A stretch of DNA of 64,000 nucleotides from Tubiluchus corallicola (GCA_030141605.1 JAQGDQ010000081.1:372001-436000), one strand, 5' to 3'. Positions 12,813 through 23,874 are shown, counted from the stretch's first letter. Notes: generated by a model not told the origin, from the sequence alone. A program made the numbers and translations.

Positions 12813-15800
12813 TGGTCTGTAAGAAGACGACTGTGAAAACGAAAAAATGAAACGTAAAACCATTGCTTGACTCAGTTCAATGCTATTTCTTAATTTCCTC
12901 GCTAGACGTCGTCTAGATCGCCGTCCTCCCACGAAATTTGTGTTCTTTCACTTAGAACGCATTTGCATAACTTAGAGCGCATAATGCACACAACTCTGGC
13001 AAGGATTGATTTCCCTACCTCGTGTTTTGAATTCATATTTCATGTTAAATTTGTGCGCTCCATTGTGTACATTTGCTCTCTTTTGCGGCTGAAATGTCTC
13101 CGCTGTGTGGATGAATGGAAAATTCGATCAACGCTTTTAACGTAATTAATCTAATATTAATGTAAAATGGGCCAGCCAGTCTGTTTGGTTATTTACCCGT
13201 GGCGTATCTGGGTGCTGAAATTTTGGTGTTCTAAAGGTATGCATGTGGGAGAATGTCAGTATCCCAGATATTCCAGTATGACTGTTTAAAAAGTCAGTTT
13301 TACTCTTACGTTAGTTGCATTTTTGGAAATATTGAGTCTGCCCCTTTAATTTCAAATTTCGCAGAAATGTGATTTAGGTATTAGCAGGCTGCTGTAGCGC
13401 TAACTATAGTACTGAAAATTGCCATGGTGATATTCGCAATGTCTGATGACCATAGTTAACAATTTTTGGCCTTTAAAATATTTCGTGATATGCCACTCTT
13501 TAATGTCCGTGCAAAATGGAAAGCAAGAAGATCAAACGGTTTTAGTTTTATTATTTGTTTTTGCCTTTGTCTTTATTTGTTTGCTTGTTTTTAAAACATT
13601 TCTCGGTTGATGAGGCTTAAACGTTTCCCATGTACAAAAGCGAAAAAGTATTCGAGATTTTAATTAATTTGCGGTTTGCGAGTTTTAAAACTATTGAAAT
13701 TGTACTGGAAACTGTTCGTAAGAACAGCTGAAGCAATCCTAGGAGTTGACCACAATTGACTGACAAATTTTGCAGGAGGACCGCCATTTTGTCCCAGAAA
13801 TTTAAGAAATATCCTCTCTTGGGTAGAAGTTCTGTATCTTTCAAAAAATTATTTACTTACTTATTAATATAACAAAGCTTGGAAACGAGCCTGCTCCGTC
13901 CGCGTCCTGAACGCATTACTTGCCTAATGCAAGCGAAAGTCGTTTATCATACAACTAGACGCCCTGCTGTTACGAACAAGAAGATTTATTCCCGTATTAA
14001 ATAATAGTACAAATTACGTCATGTCATATATAATTTTTTGAATAGTTGTACTCTCTTCTAACACCAGGCAGCAACGTTGGTCGACTAATATCTAGGGATA
14101 GATTGAAAAGGAAACCCGCGAGCCTGAAGTGTTACTAAATATCCACACAGCTTTCCTAGATGCTATCTACTACCATTATTGCCATCGCTTTTGAAGGTCG
14201 CTCTTGCCCAGATTATTCCCAATAATAACAGCTGGGCCGCAGATTAGTACCCACTGGTCAGTAATATCCAGTAGCTGTGCATGTGATTAGCGAGGTCACG
14301 CCTCTGGTCAAGCTGTTTTTTATAAGCTCGAGTGAATAGCAATTGGAAAATAATTAATGATGAATGGACACTGGCTATAAAGTAATTGCGTGTTTCCGGG
14401 GATATGGGCTGCGGTCCGTTGACGCTGGAGCCACGGAGACATTATACCTATCAAAATATTGATAAATGGGTTTATTGAATCTAGAGTTATAGCATTAGTT
14501 AGATTTGTGGTATCTATACACCCCATGTGTTAAATGCCTCAGTCTTATATTGTTTCCTCTCATTTATCGAGTTATTTCGTTCCATACGTTTCATATAAAC
14601 GAACTGCTGACTCATTTTCTTGCAAATTGGGTTGTCTTTCTTGTCAAAATTTTAGCAACATCTGGGTGCCGATCTGGCTACATTAAACTAGAATAGAACC
14701 CCTTCACCGCGCGGGGAGCTCCCGCTTTATTACATATATCACTGCTGTCGTACAAATAAATACAATCCTTTCTAGCTTTTCATTTTCCTATCCCACTTCT
14801 TCATCTCCGAAGACCCATAAAACGAAACTCGAGCATAAAAGAGATTATGGCGTAGAAACTGTTTACAAACACAGCTCTGACCTGCTGCGCCGGTAGACTG
14901 AAAATGCTCAGCCGATTAACTGACCACACGCAGACCCTGATTAGCGCAATGGAACTAGGATTAGATTAAATTGGATCTTGGCTCGGCCCTCGAAGGTTGT
15001 TTGCCGGATTTTGTTTATAACGGCGCGAAATAAATCTCTGCATCTGTTGCAGATCTATGACAGATCTGTTTGCCTTTGTTGCAGAAGTGCCGCGCCCTTT
15101 GTGTGTCAAGATTGTGTCTTTTGTGCACCTCCAGGTTAAATCTTTACTTGTTGAGCTTCTCCACTTTTGGGAAATAACTGTATCAGTACGATGACATATT
15201 AGATACCAAATGCCTCTGTTCTTATCACTATTTCCTTGCGATTTTCATTGTTTCATACCATGCTTAATTAGGTTTTCTCATCAAAGCGTCCTATCAAGCA
15301 GATAAACCAAACAGAAATTAACTAGATAGATAACGACTAGGCAGGCAAACAGGTAGGCAGCAGACATTTCTGAGTAGAGTCGTTCAATTTTTATATTCTA
15401 CTGCTAAGAGGCACGTAAGCTCTAACTTCTAATTATTAGCACTTTATTTTGGAAGTAGTTGTAGTTCATTTTGTCGCCACCTAGGCAGGACCGTAGAGGG
15501 CGTGTTGCACAAGACAGCGTGCGCATTGGCACTTATCAGCTCTGTCTATCGACAGGAAGCCGCTTCCCAGTAATTTCGCCTTAGGGAATCTCTCTTTCAG
15601 GTAATCGTCTCTTTACGTTTGCAAGTTTACAATCCATTTTTAAAAGACGTAAGGAACGTTTTTAAAAGATTTCTCTTTGTTGTAAGTCTATTCAGACTTG
15701 TGTTGTAAAAGGACTAATTTACGCCCGAGAATTTGTTACAGAGGGAAGCTCGTATTTTGGACAGCAAACATGTAGGTTTCTATTCAATATAGAATAAGTA

Positions 15801-17756
15801 ATTGCCGAGGATTTGCTGGATGAACATACGATATGTCAGGTTTCCGTAACCCTTTCATAAGGCTTTGAGAAGAAATGTTTCAGATAAAGCTAATGGATGT
15901 AACATTATATCGTTTCAAACGCCAGGAACAAAACCATGCACTTTCCGTTCTTAACTGAATTAACTTAATAGAAAAACAAGTTTTTATATTTTTGAAGTCT
16001 TCGAAATTGGTGAAGCCATTTAACACGTTTTACGAAAATTCAGTTGATGTAAAAACACGAGATTCCCACGTTGTTGCTGACTTGAAACTGGAATTTACGT
16101 CGACATTTTGTCAACAGACTTATGATCTAAATCCTTTAAAAGTTTTAGTGTTTTGACAAGCATTAGGTAGCGCAAGCTGTCTCAGGAAGCCAAATAAAGA
16201 AACTTTAGTCGTCGCCGGCTGCGATGTCTAGTGATTTCTTTTTCAGTAATAGCGCATTACTCGATAGCCAACTTACGCAGTAAACATATAGGGACCCTAT
16301 AGTCAGCTAGAGTGCCTATGTATTCAAAAGCGCCATTTATGTTACTTATTACGGTGTATAATATGTCAGTTGTTAATCCAAAAACTCCTACGTACTTAAT
16401 AAAACGAACCACCTGCTATAATTGATCCATGTTCCTGCAGTTACTGGTTTACAATTATTGATGAATGTTGAATGAATCAAGGACTACGGAGTGATTGAAT
16501 GGATAAATGAAAGAATAAATGAGCGACTTAAGGTAAACGAGCGACCAAATGAATGAACAAACAAAAACACGAATGAACCAACAAACAAACATATGAGTGA
16601 ACTTACAAACGAATGAAACATGAATGAATGAACGCATGAATAAGTTAGTGATTGAATGAATGAACAGACATTAAATTGAAAGGTATGTAGCTTTGGTGAA
16701 TAATTTTTGAAAATCTTTGATAAAAATAAAATTTTGTCTCGCTTACTTGCACTGTTTGTGACTGGGTGGCAATCGAGGCTTATACAGAATAAAATTTGTC
16801 TTTCTAAAACAAGACACTTTGCAATGGCATGACGAGTGGGTCAGCTGAATGAGTTTAAAGTGCTATTGAATTTGATACACTAGAATGAATTGCCTCCGTA
16901 TGCAAATATTGCCCAACTAACACCCAGGTAAGATATCAGTAATGGCAGGTGATAAAATTAATCAGTTACAAAGTACGAAAGGATTGGTTACACTAACAAC
17001 TTCCGTTTAATCTGTTCATTCATACAGGCTGGGTCAAGAGCTACTCCAACTGTTTGATCAGCCGTCAATACTTATCAGTTTTAGAATTTTCCACTAGAGG
17101 GGGCGGACACGCAACACCTTGTGCTGGAGCAACAATAGGTCTTAAGAATCTGAAGTAAGTAGATGACAATGTGGGTTCTTGGTAATCGTATTGAAGTCAA
17201 TACAAGATATGGAATTTGAGAATTTAGTTTGTTCTTCTACTTGGTACGAGTGCTTGATTTTCATACCACGCCACCCACGGCGAATGGCGGTACTACAAAG
17301 AAAACTTAATCTTTTTTGGGACGAGTGAAATTTTTTTAAATCGTTGCAGTTCTTTAAAAATTATTTAGCTTGGTTTCGTAGTATAGTTAATGTGTGATAA
17401 GTGACAAGGTTTGGCGACAGAAGTGTCTTTTCATGTGTTTGCGCGTTTTGTGATTTGGTTAATACATGTAGTTAACGCTTGATGAAACTACTTAAAACCA
17501 TCAGGTAGATGTTTGTTTTATTTTTTTTATACATAGTGATTTTAGTTTCAATACCGATTTACGTTTCAGTGTGGTGTCACGTAAGTAGTTCAGTCTGTTC
17601 TGTCACACAGTCTTCAAAATATCTTTCGACAGAACATTGTAATAATGACGTCATCTTAGCGGAAGTCATCAAAAACGAATAGAGATAAAGTTTGTTTGCC
17701 ACACTCTTTTCCCCAACATTGATAACGCATATCGATTGCATTGAAGGATAGCTACA

Positions 17757-17862
17757 GTGGTGATGACGATGAATGACGGCTATGATGATGATATGACAAT
17801 GATGAAGATGATGGTCACAGTTTCGATGATGATGATGACAATGACGATGGTGATGATGATGT
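17757..17862. repeat. Degenerate (GAT)n microsatellite
   Basis: Directly visible. Confidence 0.88.
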
Positions 17863-18522
17863 TATTACTTTCCCAAATAATCTTCAATAGTCTATATGTG
17901 GCAACTATGTATTTTGAAAATCTTGGTATACGCTTTATTGCATTACATTCATTTGTCGTTTTACTCCAAATGACTCACTCCGCGAGTGCTTAACGAATCA
18001 CTTCGTGGAAATGACTCCCATATTTTCAAGTGGCTCTTCAAGATGGGCCCGAGGAAGAAGTAGAGAGAGTTGGAGAGCTCCTCACTCGTTTTGCTTGCAT
18101 TAGTGTATGTAAAGTCGTTTGTTTTCAATTCTTTGGCCTGCTGTCTCCTCTTGGCTACATAATGAATAGTTTCTACATCTTTGTGCAGCTATAATTGATT
18201 CTTTTTCGTGGCTATAAAATACTGAGCCAATTCATTGTCATCTAATTCGTCTAATTTGTTAAGCTCTTTTACCTTCCCATTGTAAGTTTTAGCCTAACTT
18301 ATATTATGCTGGGGTTGCACAGAATTTTCTAGTTTCTTTTAGGGAGTTATGAGCCTACGTAAGCGTTAAACTACACCACGAACAATAATTGAAGAACTCG
18401 AGCAAAATATTTATGGCGTAAAGCTTCCAAACAAGAGATTTGCAATCAATTCTTCAATAACACAAATGACGGGTACGGGTGATTCACAAAATTACATAAA
18501 ACAATAACAAAAAAGTCCCATG

Positions 18523-18528
18523 TTTATT
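18523..18528 (-). terminator. Candidate polyadenylation signal AATAAA of gene A
   Basis: tttatt on the + strand, about 165 nt downstream of the gene A stop codon. Confidence 0.6.
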
Positions 18529-18690
18529 ACATCATATTAAAATATATTAACACAACATGGCGTATATTCATCTTTAAATGTATGAATGCACTAAAGTTGA
18601 ACTGTCAGGCATTTCTTTAAGAATGTGACACGCTGTACAATTATAATTCATGTAATACAGTGGAATATACATGCTCCTGGTAAACTTTAA

Positions 18691-19068
18691 TTAACCTTTA
18701 TATCCACCCAACACAAAACCTCCTCCAGCACCACCTACAATGGCGCCATACTGTGGCTTACTACCGCAATTGTAGCATGGTGGCTTGGGCTTGTTGTAGC
18801 AACCGTAGCCATGACATGGTGGTTTGATGTAGCAGTTATGGCCATGGCATGGAGGCTTAGGTTTGTTGTAGCAACTGTTACCATAGCATGGTGGTTTACT
18901 GTAGCAACTGTGGCCATGGCAAGGTGGTTTGGGTTTGTTGTAACAGTTGTAACCCTTGCATCCACCGCTGCCTATAGCATACCCTCCTCCTGCCGCGTAT
19001 CCGCCGCCACCAGGTCTATGCCCTGCAACAATGCCGCCACCTACATGTGCACTGCCGCCTCCTTGTGT
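18691..19068 (-). CDS. Gene A, last exon: secreted Gly-rich protein with Cys/Tyr/Lys/Pro/His repeats (125 aa + stop)
   Basis: Acceptor attattttacAG| at 19070-19069, then an open frame TQGGGSAHVGGGIVAGHRPGGGGYAAGGGYAIGSGGCKGYNCYNKPKPPCHGHSCYSKPPCYGNSCYNKPKPPCHGHNCYIKPPCHGYGCYNKPKPPCYNCGSKPQYGAIVGGAGGGFVLGGYKG*. Repeats are conserved at protein level with synonymous third-position variation (e.g. AAA CCC AAA CCA CCT / AAA CCT AAG CCT CCA / AAG CCC AAG CCA CCA). Confidence 0.92.
   Translation of the reverse strand, partial: TQGGGSAHVGGGIVAGHRPGGGGYAAGGGYAIGSGGCKGYNCYNKPKPPCHGHSCYSKPPCYGNSCYNKPKPPCHGHNCYIKPPCHGYGCYNKPKPPCYNCGSKPQYGAIVGGAGGGFVLGGYKG
18766..18960 (-). repeat. Coding tandem repeat: alternating 13-aa and 11-aa units (72-nt higher-order unit)
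   Basis: CKGYNCYNKPKPP / CHGHSCYSKPP / CYGNSCYNKPKPP / CHGHNCYIKPP / CHGYGCYNKPKPP / CYNC. Confidence 0.9.
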
Positions 19069-19355
19069 CTGTAAAATAATTGCAAATAATAGAAACAGTT
19101 TCTATTTTACAGCTTCTGACTTCCAGCGTTGCTGCCAAAATATTTGTAATCAGCACTCATTGATAATATACACTATACGCTGAATTATTTCACCCTTAAG
19201 AGTCTTAAGAATTACCGATTCACTATGAAAGAGAATATTTTATCTCGAATTAATTTTCCTATAGTCAAGAAAATCAGCGATGCAACACCGTATGATACGA
19301 TACAATCAGTGATGCTCTACAGCTACAAAAACACAAGTAAAAGGGTATAACTTAC

Positions 19356-19406
19356 CAGCAGAAGGAAAACTACGACATATATACAGCAGAGAGTGACTTT
19401 CTTCAT
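19356..19406 (-). CDS. Gene A, first coding exon: signal peptide MKKVTLCCIYVVVFLLL
   Basis: ATG at 19406 and 17 codons (basic n-region plus hydrophobic h-region), ending at donor CTG|GTAAGT. Phase 0 joins in frame to TQG of the next exon. An upstream acceptor ctctctccttttaatAG| puts the exon start at 19451. Confidence 0.88.
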
Positions 19407-19438
19407 ACTGGCCTTGCTGTTGCTTAGCAGTAGTTATC

Positions 19439-19767
19439 AAAGAAGACGACCCTATTAAAAGGAGAGAGAGAGAGCGATATGTCAGAAAAAGGACAAAAAG
19501 CACAAAAACAAATTAAAGGAAAGGGCCTGTCACTTAGCATGTTGGGTTTATTTTACTTTTAGAAAAATACAACAAACAAATTTGCGAAAGTTATAAGTAT
19601 TAAAGAAGACGATCTTATTAAAAAAAAGGGAGCGATATGACAGTAAAAGGATAAAAGATAAAAAGCACAGAGACAAATGCAAGGAAAGGACAAGTCACTT
19701 AGCATGCTTAGTATTTTACTGTTGTCACTTAAACTTAGAAAAATATAACAAATAAATTTGCAAGAAA
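19439..19767. repeat. Diverged tandem duplication, two copies of about 160 bp
   Basis: aaagaagacga..tattaaaa..gagcgatatg..cag..aaagga..aaaagcaca..gtcacttagcatg..tattttact..agaaaaata.aacaaa.aaatttgc occurs at 19439-19590 and again at 19602-19767. Confidence 0.85.
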
Positions 19768-20820
19768 CTGTGTAAAAAGCATAAAGTTAATTTATACTAG
19801 CGCTATATAGAAATTTTCAGACGCGGTGGTAGCCGCCTTTCACTTGAAACTCAAGACATAACTGTTGAACTTTATAACATTTTTTAAAGATATCGTGGCT
19901 TTCCGTAACCTAGTTCAAACTGTTGCAGCTTACTTAATGTTCATACAAAAATGTCACAAAATTAACTTTAATTTTTTGTAGAAACTCGTTATATTTTTGA
20001 CTGGAATTGACGGATATTGTTTTTCTTCAACCAATGATCGACGTCATTGGTGGAAGAATGGGTGTTTTAAATGGGGTGCTCAAGCGTGAAGTGATCCCGA
20101 GTTTGCATGCCTGAAGCGCTTATCACACTTTTGTTACTAAATGCTTGCAACATTTTTCGTGAACATTGAAATAAACTTAACTTTTTAGAAGGCTTGGCAT
20201 TTCCTTTAAACAATAACTGGTGCAAAAGCAAAAACAATTAACAATACTTCGATACACGTTTACTGACCAACGGTACAGAGACCACTATGCCTAGCCTGAT
20301 AATCAAATACACAAAAGCAATCTACTAAGCATAGTTTATTTAATAAGATTATGGAAGGAATGTGGGTTACAAAAACTAAAGAAACGTTTTTTAAATGCCG
20401 AAATCACCTAGCTATTGCAAATGTTAACATAAAAATCACCTAGCTTTGCAAATAGGTTTTTATCATCAAGTCAAAATTTTGAATAAAAATATTGCATAAG
20501 GAATATTTGTAAAAATAATTTTACCATCTTGAATTGGTTTCTCAAATTTACCGCAAACGTGAATAATTTGACGTACAAAAGGCATGTTACACAAGACCAG
20601 TTGTTCTTGCTATTATATATTTACAAACTTACGTTTCAACAACACAGATTACATTATTTAAAATACGGTCAGGCCGCTTTTAATTCTCAAACTCAGGTTT
20701 TCTGTTGGTTAAGTTTAGTTTATTAGTACCAATCTCGAATACAAAAACACAAGTTTAACAAAGGGGAATACAATTTCAACAAAGAAAAGCACCTATGTAG
20801 AATAAAAATGCGTGGCATAC

Positions 20821-20920
20821 CTTGCACGATTAAAACCTGGATCTGATGCGTCTACGATCTTAACACCAGCAACTTGTTTTTGTTCTGTGACTGATTTATC
20901 TAGTCCTAGCTGCAATTATA
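20821..20920 (-). promoter_or_regulatory. Candidate core promoter and non-coding exon 1 of gene A
   Basis: On the - strand: TATA-like TATAAT at 20920-20915, initiator-like TCAGTC at 20894-20889, and donor CAAG|GTATGC after 20821. Confidence 0.5.
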
Positions 20921-22964
20921 GTCTTTTTAAACCAGCAAAACGCCTGCTGAGTATAACTCATTAAAAAAACAAAGCCTATCCACGACACAAGGATCACGAA
21001 TATCACGTGCCTCTTGTCATCCTCGACGAACTTTTAAAGTTGTTCTTTTAAAAAAGAAGTTTTTCTAAAACAAATTAAACAGGATGGAGCCATAATTATG
21101 TTAATTTGACGCAAATCTCTGTAATTTAATAAGGATTTTTTTCTTTTTGTAAGCTTAATTTTGTTGTTATTCTCTCGGTTTTTTTTTTGCTTCCTGAAGC
21201 TGATTGCTTTATCGTGACCTTAAACTAAATCCTGGCGGTACCTGGTTGTGATTTCAGAGCAAATATTCTTTTCTTTTAGTCTATTAATACATCGCCTTCT
21301 TTGTCTGGGCCTCAAAAATATGCTTATGAAAATTTTGGCTCATGATCCGGTCCCAGACGTAATGCTTTCAATGAAATTCGTGCACTGCGAAAAAAGACAT
21401 TCGCCGATTCGTTCAGTGAATGTTATTTTAATCTTTGATTCAAGAAATATTATTTTTGCGGCTGCATGACGTTTGTTGTAGCTTTGGCGGATTTTTGCCT
21501 CGTACTGATAGAAGCATGGCCTGTGAACTTGTCCGAATAACCAAGCATTAAAATGATTTATATTAGCTGCTAACTGCAGTACTCTCCCACATCCGGTAAC
21601 CATAATAATAATTATGGAAGCAAGCTGTCACATTTTGCGTAAAAAATAATGATGCTGACGTCTTATGTAGTTGCTGTGTCAGTGCTTGACCTAAATCACT
21701 GGTTATATCTAAATCAGGATCTGTATAATTACATAGTAATTTTATCCGAACAGGGTATTTTTAATCAATTTTAAACAATTTTTCATTCTGCATTATAACA
21801 TGAACTGGCGCCTGTGCACTTTTCAAATTTATTAAGGTCACAATTTTGTAAAAAGAACTAAAAGACGCGGAATATGTAGTTAGGTCTTGTGCAGTTCAGG
21901 AAAATCATTAAAAAGTTAATTTAGACCAACGTAGTATTCCTTACTCGAAACCAAATAATCGCAATGCCCAGTATATAGATAGACAATATGTATAATCACT
22001 GTGTGTGTCTATAAATATAATTCCATTTATACGTTTGTCTGTTTCTTGCGTGTCAAAATGTTTTTACTTTATTTTTTGCTGACTTGTAAATAAATGAGCC
22101 AACAGTTTCTTGCATCAGAACAAACTTTAAGCGTAATACTGAATTGAAAGTTTTTGTTTTTATTGTAAGCAGGCTTGTAAATACGACTGTAAATATGATA
22201 GAGGTTTTGGTTGACTGCAGTGTAGACTTTAATCGACATAATTATTATACATGTTTGTGGATTATTATCACTTTAAATGTTTTCAATTTGCGTTTCGTTG
22301 TATCGGTTTTAAAGTTCCTAGTTTTTGTCTTACTCTGTTCGAGTTTCGAAAGTACCACATTTTTTGTAAACCATTCGAATCATTCGAATTTGTAAACCAA
22401 CTGGACACTATTCGGATCTCATCATCTCATCATCACTTAACCTATGGCAAGTTTTCTTGTCTTCATTTTGAAAGCTGCAAATTAGTGTCATTATGTAGGT
22501 TGCATAATTACAAAATTACATACAAAATTACTTAGTGTGCCAAATATTATAACCCATATTCAAAGACGGATTTTTTATACGCAGTTTATTTGCTAGTACA
22601 CGCTAATACATTCTCCACCGGTTGGTTATACGTACATCATCAACATTGAAAATCAATAATCCAAACTAACAAGTAGCAGTGATTTGGTGTTGAGTAATTC
22701 GTATTTGTTTGTTAAAATATAGAGCTACAAGTCAACTTAAGAAAGTTTTAGTTTTATTTTAAGTCTTGAAGAAACTATCAGTATGTACATTACTTCTTTC
22801 CATTATCACAGAATTGCCTTCAGGCCTTAGTAAAACAGTTTTTTTATCTAGACTATAAATTTTACAATGACTTGCTTCAATGTATTTATTTATCACTGCT
22901 GTTTTCTATTTCTATTCGGCACGGTGCAATTAGAACGCCTTTTTATTTGATTCCTCGAAAATCA

Positions 22965-23450
22965 TTAGTAGTACCTAGTATATGCCGAAGGCCTACGCCT
23001 CGCCTGAGGCCACGTTCCTCCTTGGTTATCCAATCCCAGATTGGTTGGGCGAGTCTGCTGATAGGAGTAGCGTGTCTGGTACTGGAACCCTGTATTACTG
23101 GGTCTAGACTGATACCCATATCCAGACTGTTGTTCCGAGTCTACCCAAGGTCTGGTTCTGCCATCGTCATTTGGCAGTGGCATCGGTCTTGGCTGAGGAC
23201 CATCGTTTGGCAGTGGCATTGGTCTTGGCTGAGGACCATCATTTGGCAATGGCATTGGTCTTGGCTGAGGATAATCATTCGGCATTGGCATTGGAGCTGG
23301 TCTTGAAGAAAAGTATCGGTTACTGTTGTCGTTGTCTGCAAAATTTGGTAGTTGCTGCCCAGTGTAGTAGGGCAAGTGACCGGCTGATACTTGGGGATCA
23401 TTTCCTCCTATTCCAGAACCCGGAGCAGGGCGAAGTTGACGTGCTGCCAC
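22965..23450 (-). CDS. Gene B, last exon: secreted Pro/Arg/Gln/Tyr-rich low-complexity protein (161 aa + stop)
   Basis: Acceptor actttatgacAG| at 23452-23451 (the GTG is Val, not a start). Open frame VAARQLRPAPGSGIGG...RPMPLPNDGPQP repeats...QARRRPSAYTRYY*. AATAAA candidates at 22947-22942 and 22890-22885. Confidence 0.9.
   Translation of the reverse strand: MAARQLRPAPGSGIGGNDPQVSAGHLPYYTGQQLPNFADNDNSNRYFSSRPAPMPMPNDYPQPRPMPLPNDGPQPRPMPLPNDGPQPRPMPLPNDDGRTRPWVDSEQQSGYGYQSRPSNTGFQYQTRYSYQQTRPTNLGLDNQGGTWPQARRRPSAYTRYY
23164..23296 (-). repeat. Coding tandem repeat, 36-nt unit, about 3.7 copies (PMPLPNDGPQPR)
   Basis: Visible on + as [catc.tttggca.tggcat.ggtcttggctgagga.]n; differences are mostly synonymous in the - frame. 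Confidence 0.93.
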
Positions 23451-23826
23451 CTGTCATAAAAGTTCGAAATAAAAGAACTTTAATTAGAAAAAACGAGAGC
23501 AGCTGCCTGCCAATCCAGTAAGTTCTACATGCAGAGAATTCAAGACTTTTCCAAGTCACACCAAACAAACAAATTATCACTTTTTAATTATTTTATTAAT
23601 GCGAGTTAGTTTCCTAATTATTCGTCACATTGTGAAGAAACTTGGCAAACTTAACAGACGTAAGTACACCAATAAAGGCTGGCTGGCAAAATCCCCAATA
23701 AACGTATCATATTTTATCTAGAACTCCATAAAGGTACCTGCATCTTAAATGGAAACCAATGCTAATGTGTTCCCTGCTATATTAACATTTATAATCCATG
23801 ATATGTATAATTTTAAGTTTACTTAC

Positions 23827-23874
23827 AAGTGCACTAGCCACAAGAAGCAGTAATAATTCTCTTAAAGTATGCAT
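23827..23874 (-). CDS. Gene B, first coding exon: signal peptide MHTLRELLLLLVASAL
   Basis: ATG at 23874, 16 codons, donor |GTAAGT at 23826. Phase 0 joins to VAA-RQL. A strong upstream acceptor cttttcttctttattttcAG| puts the exon start at 23894. Confidence 0.88.

Noticed and set aside
12633-12932. His-rich 99-aa ORF, and the Met-rich ORF at 17757
   Set aside because: Products of (GAT/CAT)n microsatellites, with no splice or signal support.
18766-18960. C-x4-C rings as oxytocin/vasopressin- or conopeptide-like neuropeptide repeats
   Set aside because: There are no GKR or dibasic processing sites between units and no neurophysin domain, and the KP linkers resist convertase cleavage.
18735-19183. 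ORF-track entries 18735..18965(-), 18811..19074(+) and 18956..19183(+)
   Set aside because: These are off-frame or antisense shadows of the repetitive gene A exon. Only the spliced frame has a signal peptide, splice sites and synonymous repeat variation.
21450-21560. LGYSDKFTGH reading as a tyrosine-recombinase H-x-x-R box (DIRS/Crypton)
   Set aside because: The following HSxR motif is absent and the frame closes soon after, so the evidence is insufficient.
23164-23296. 36-nt periodic repeat resembling a CRISPR array
   Set aside because: The units are contiguous with no unique spacers, are in frame within a coding exon, and no cas genes are present in this eukaryotic DNA.
22872-23521. ORFs 22872..23306(+), 23141..23401(-) and 23171..23521(+) with WQWHWSWLR or QDQCHCQ repeats
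   Set aside because: Alternative-frame shadows of the 36-nt gene B repeat.
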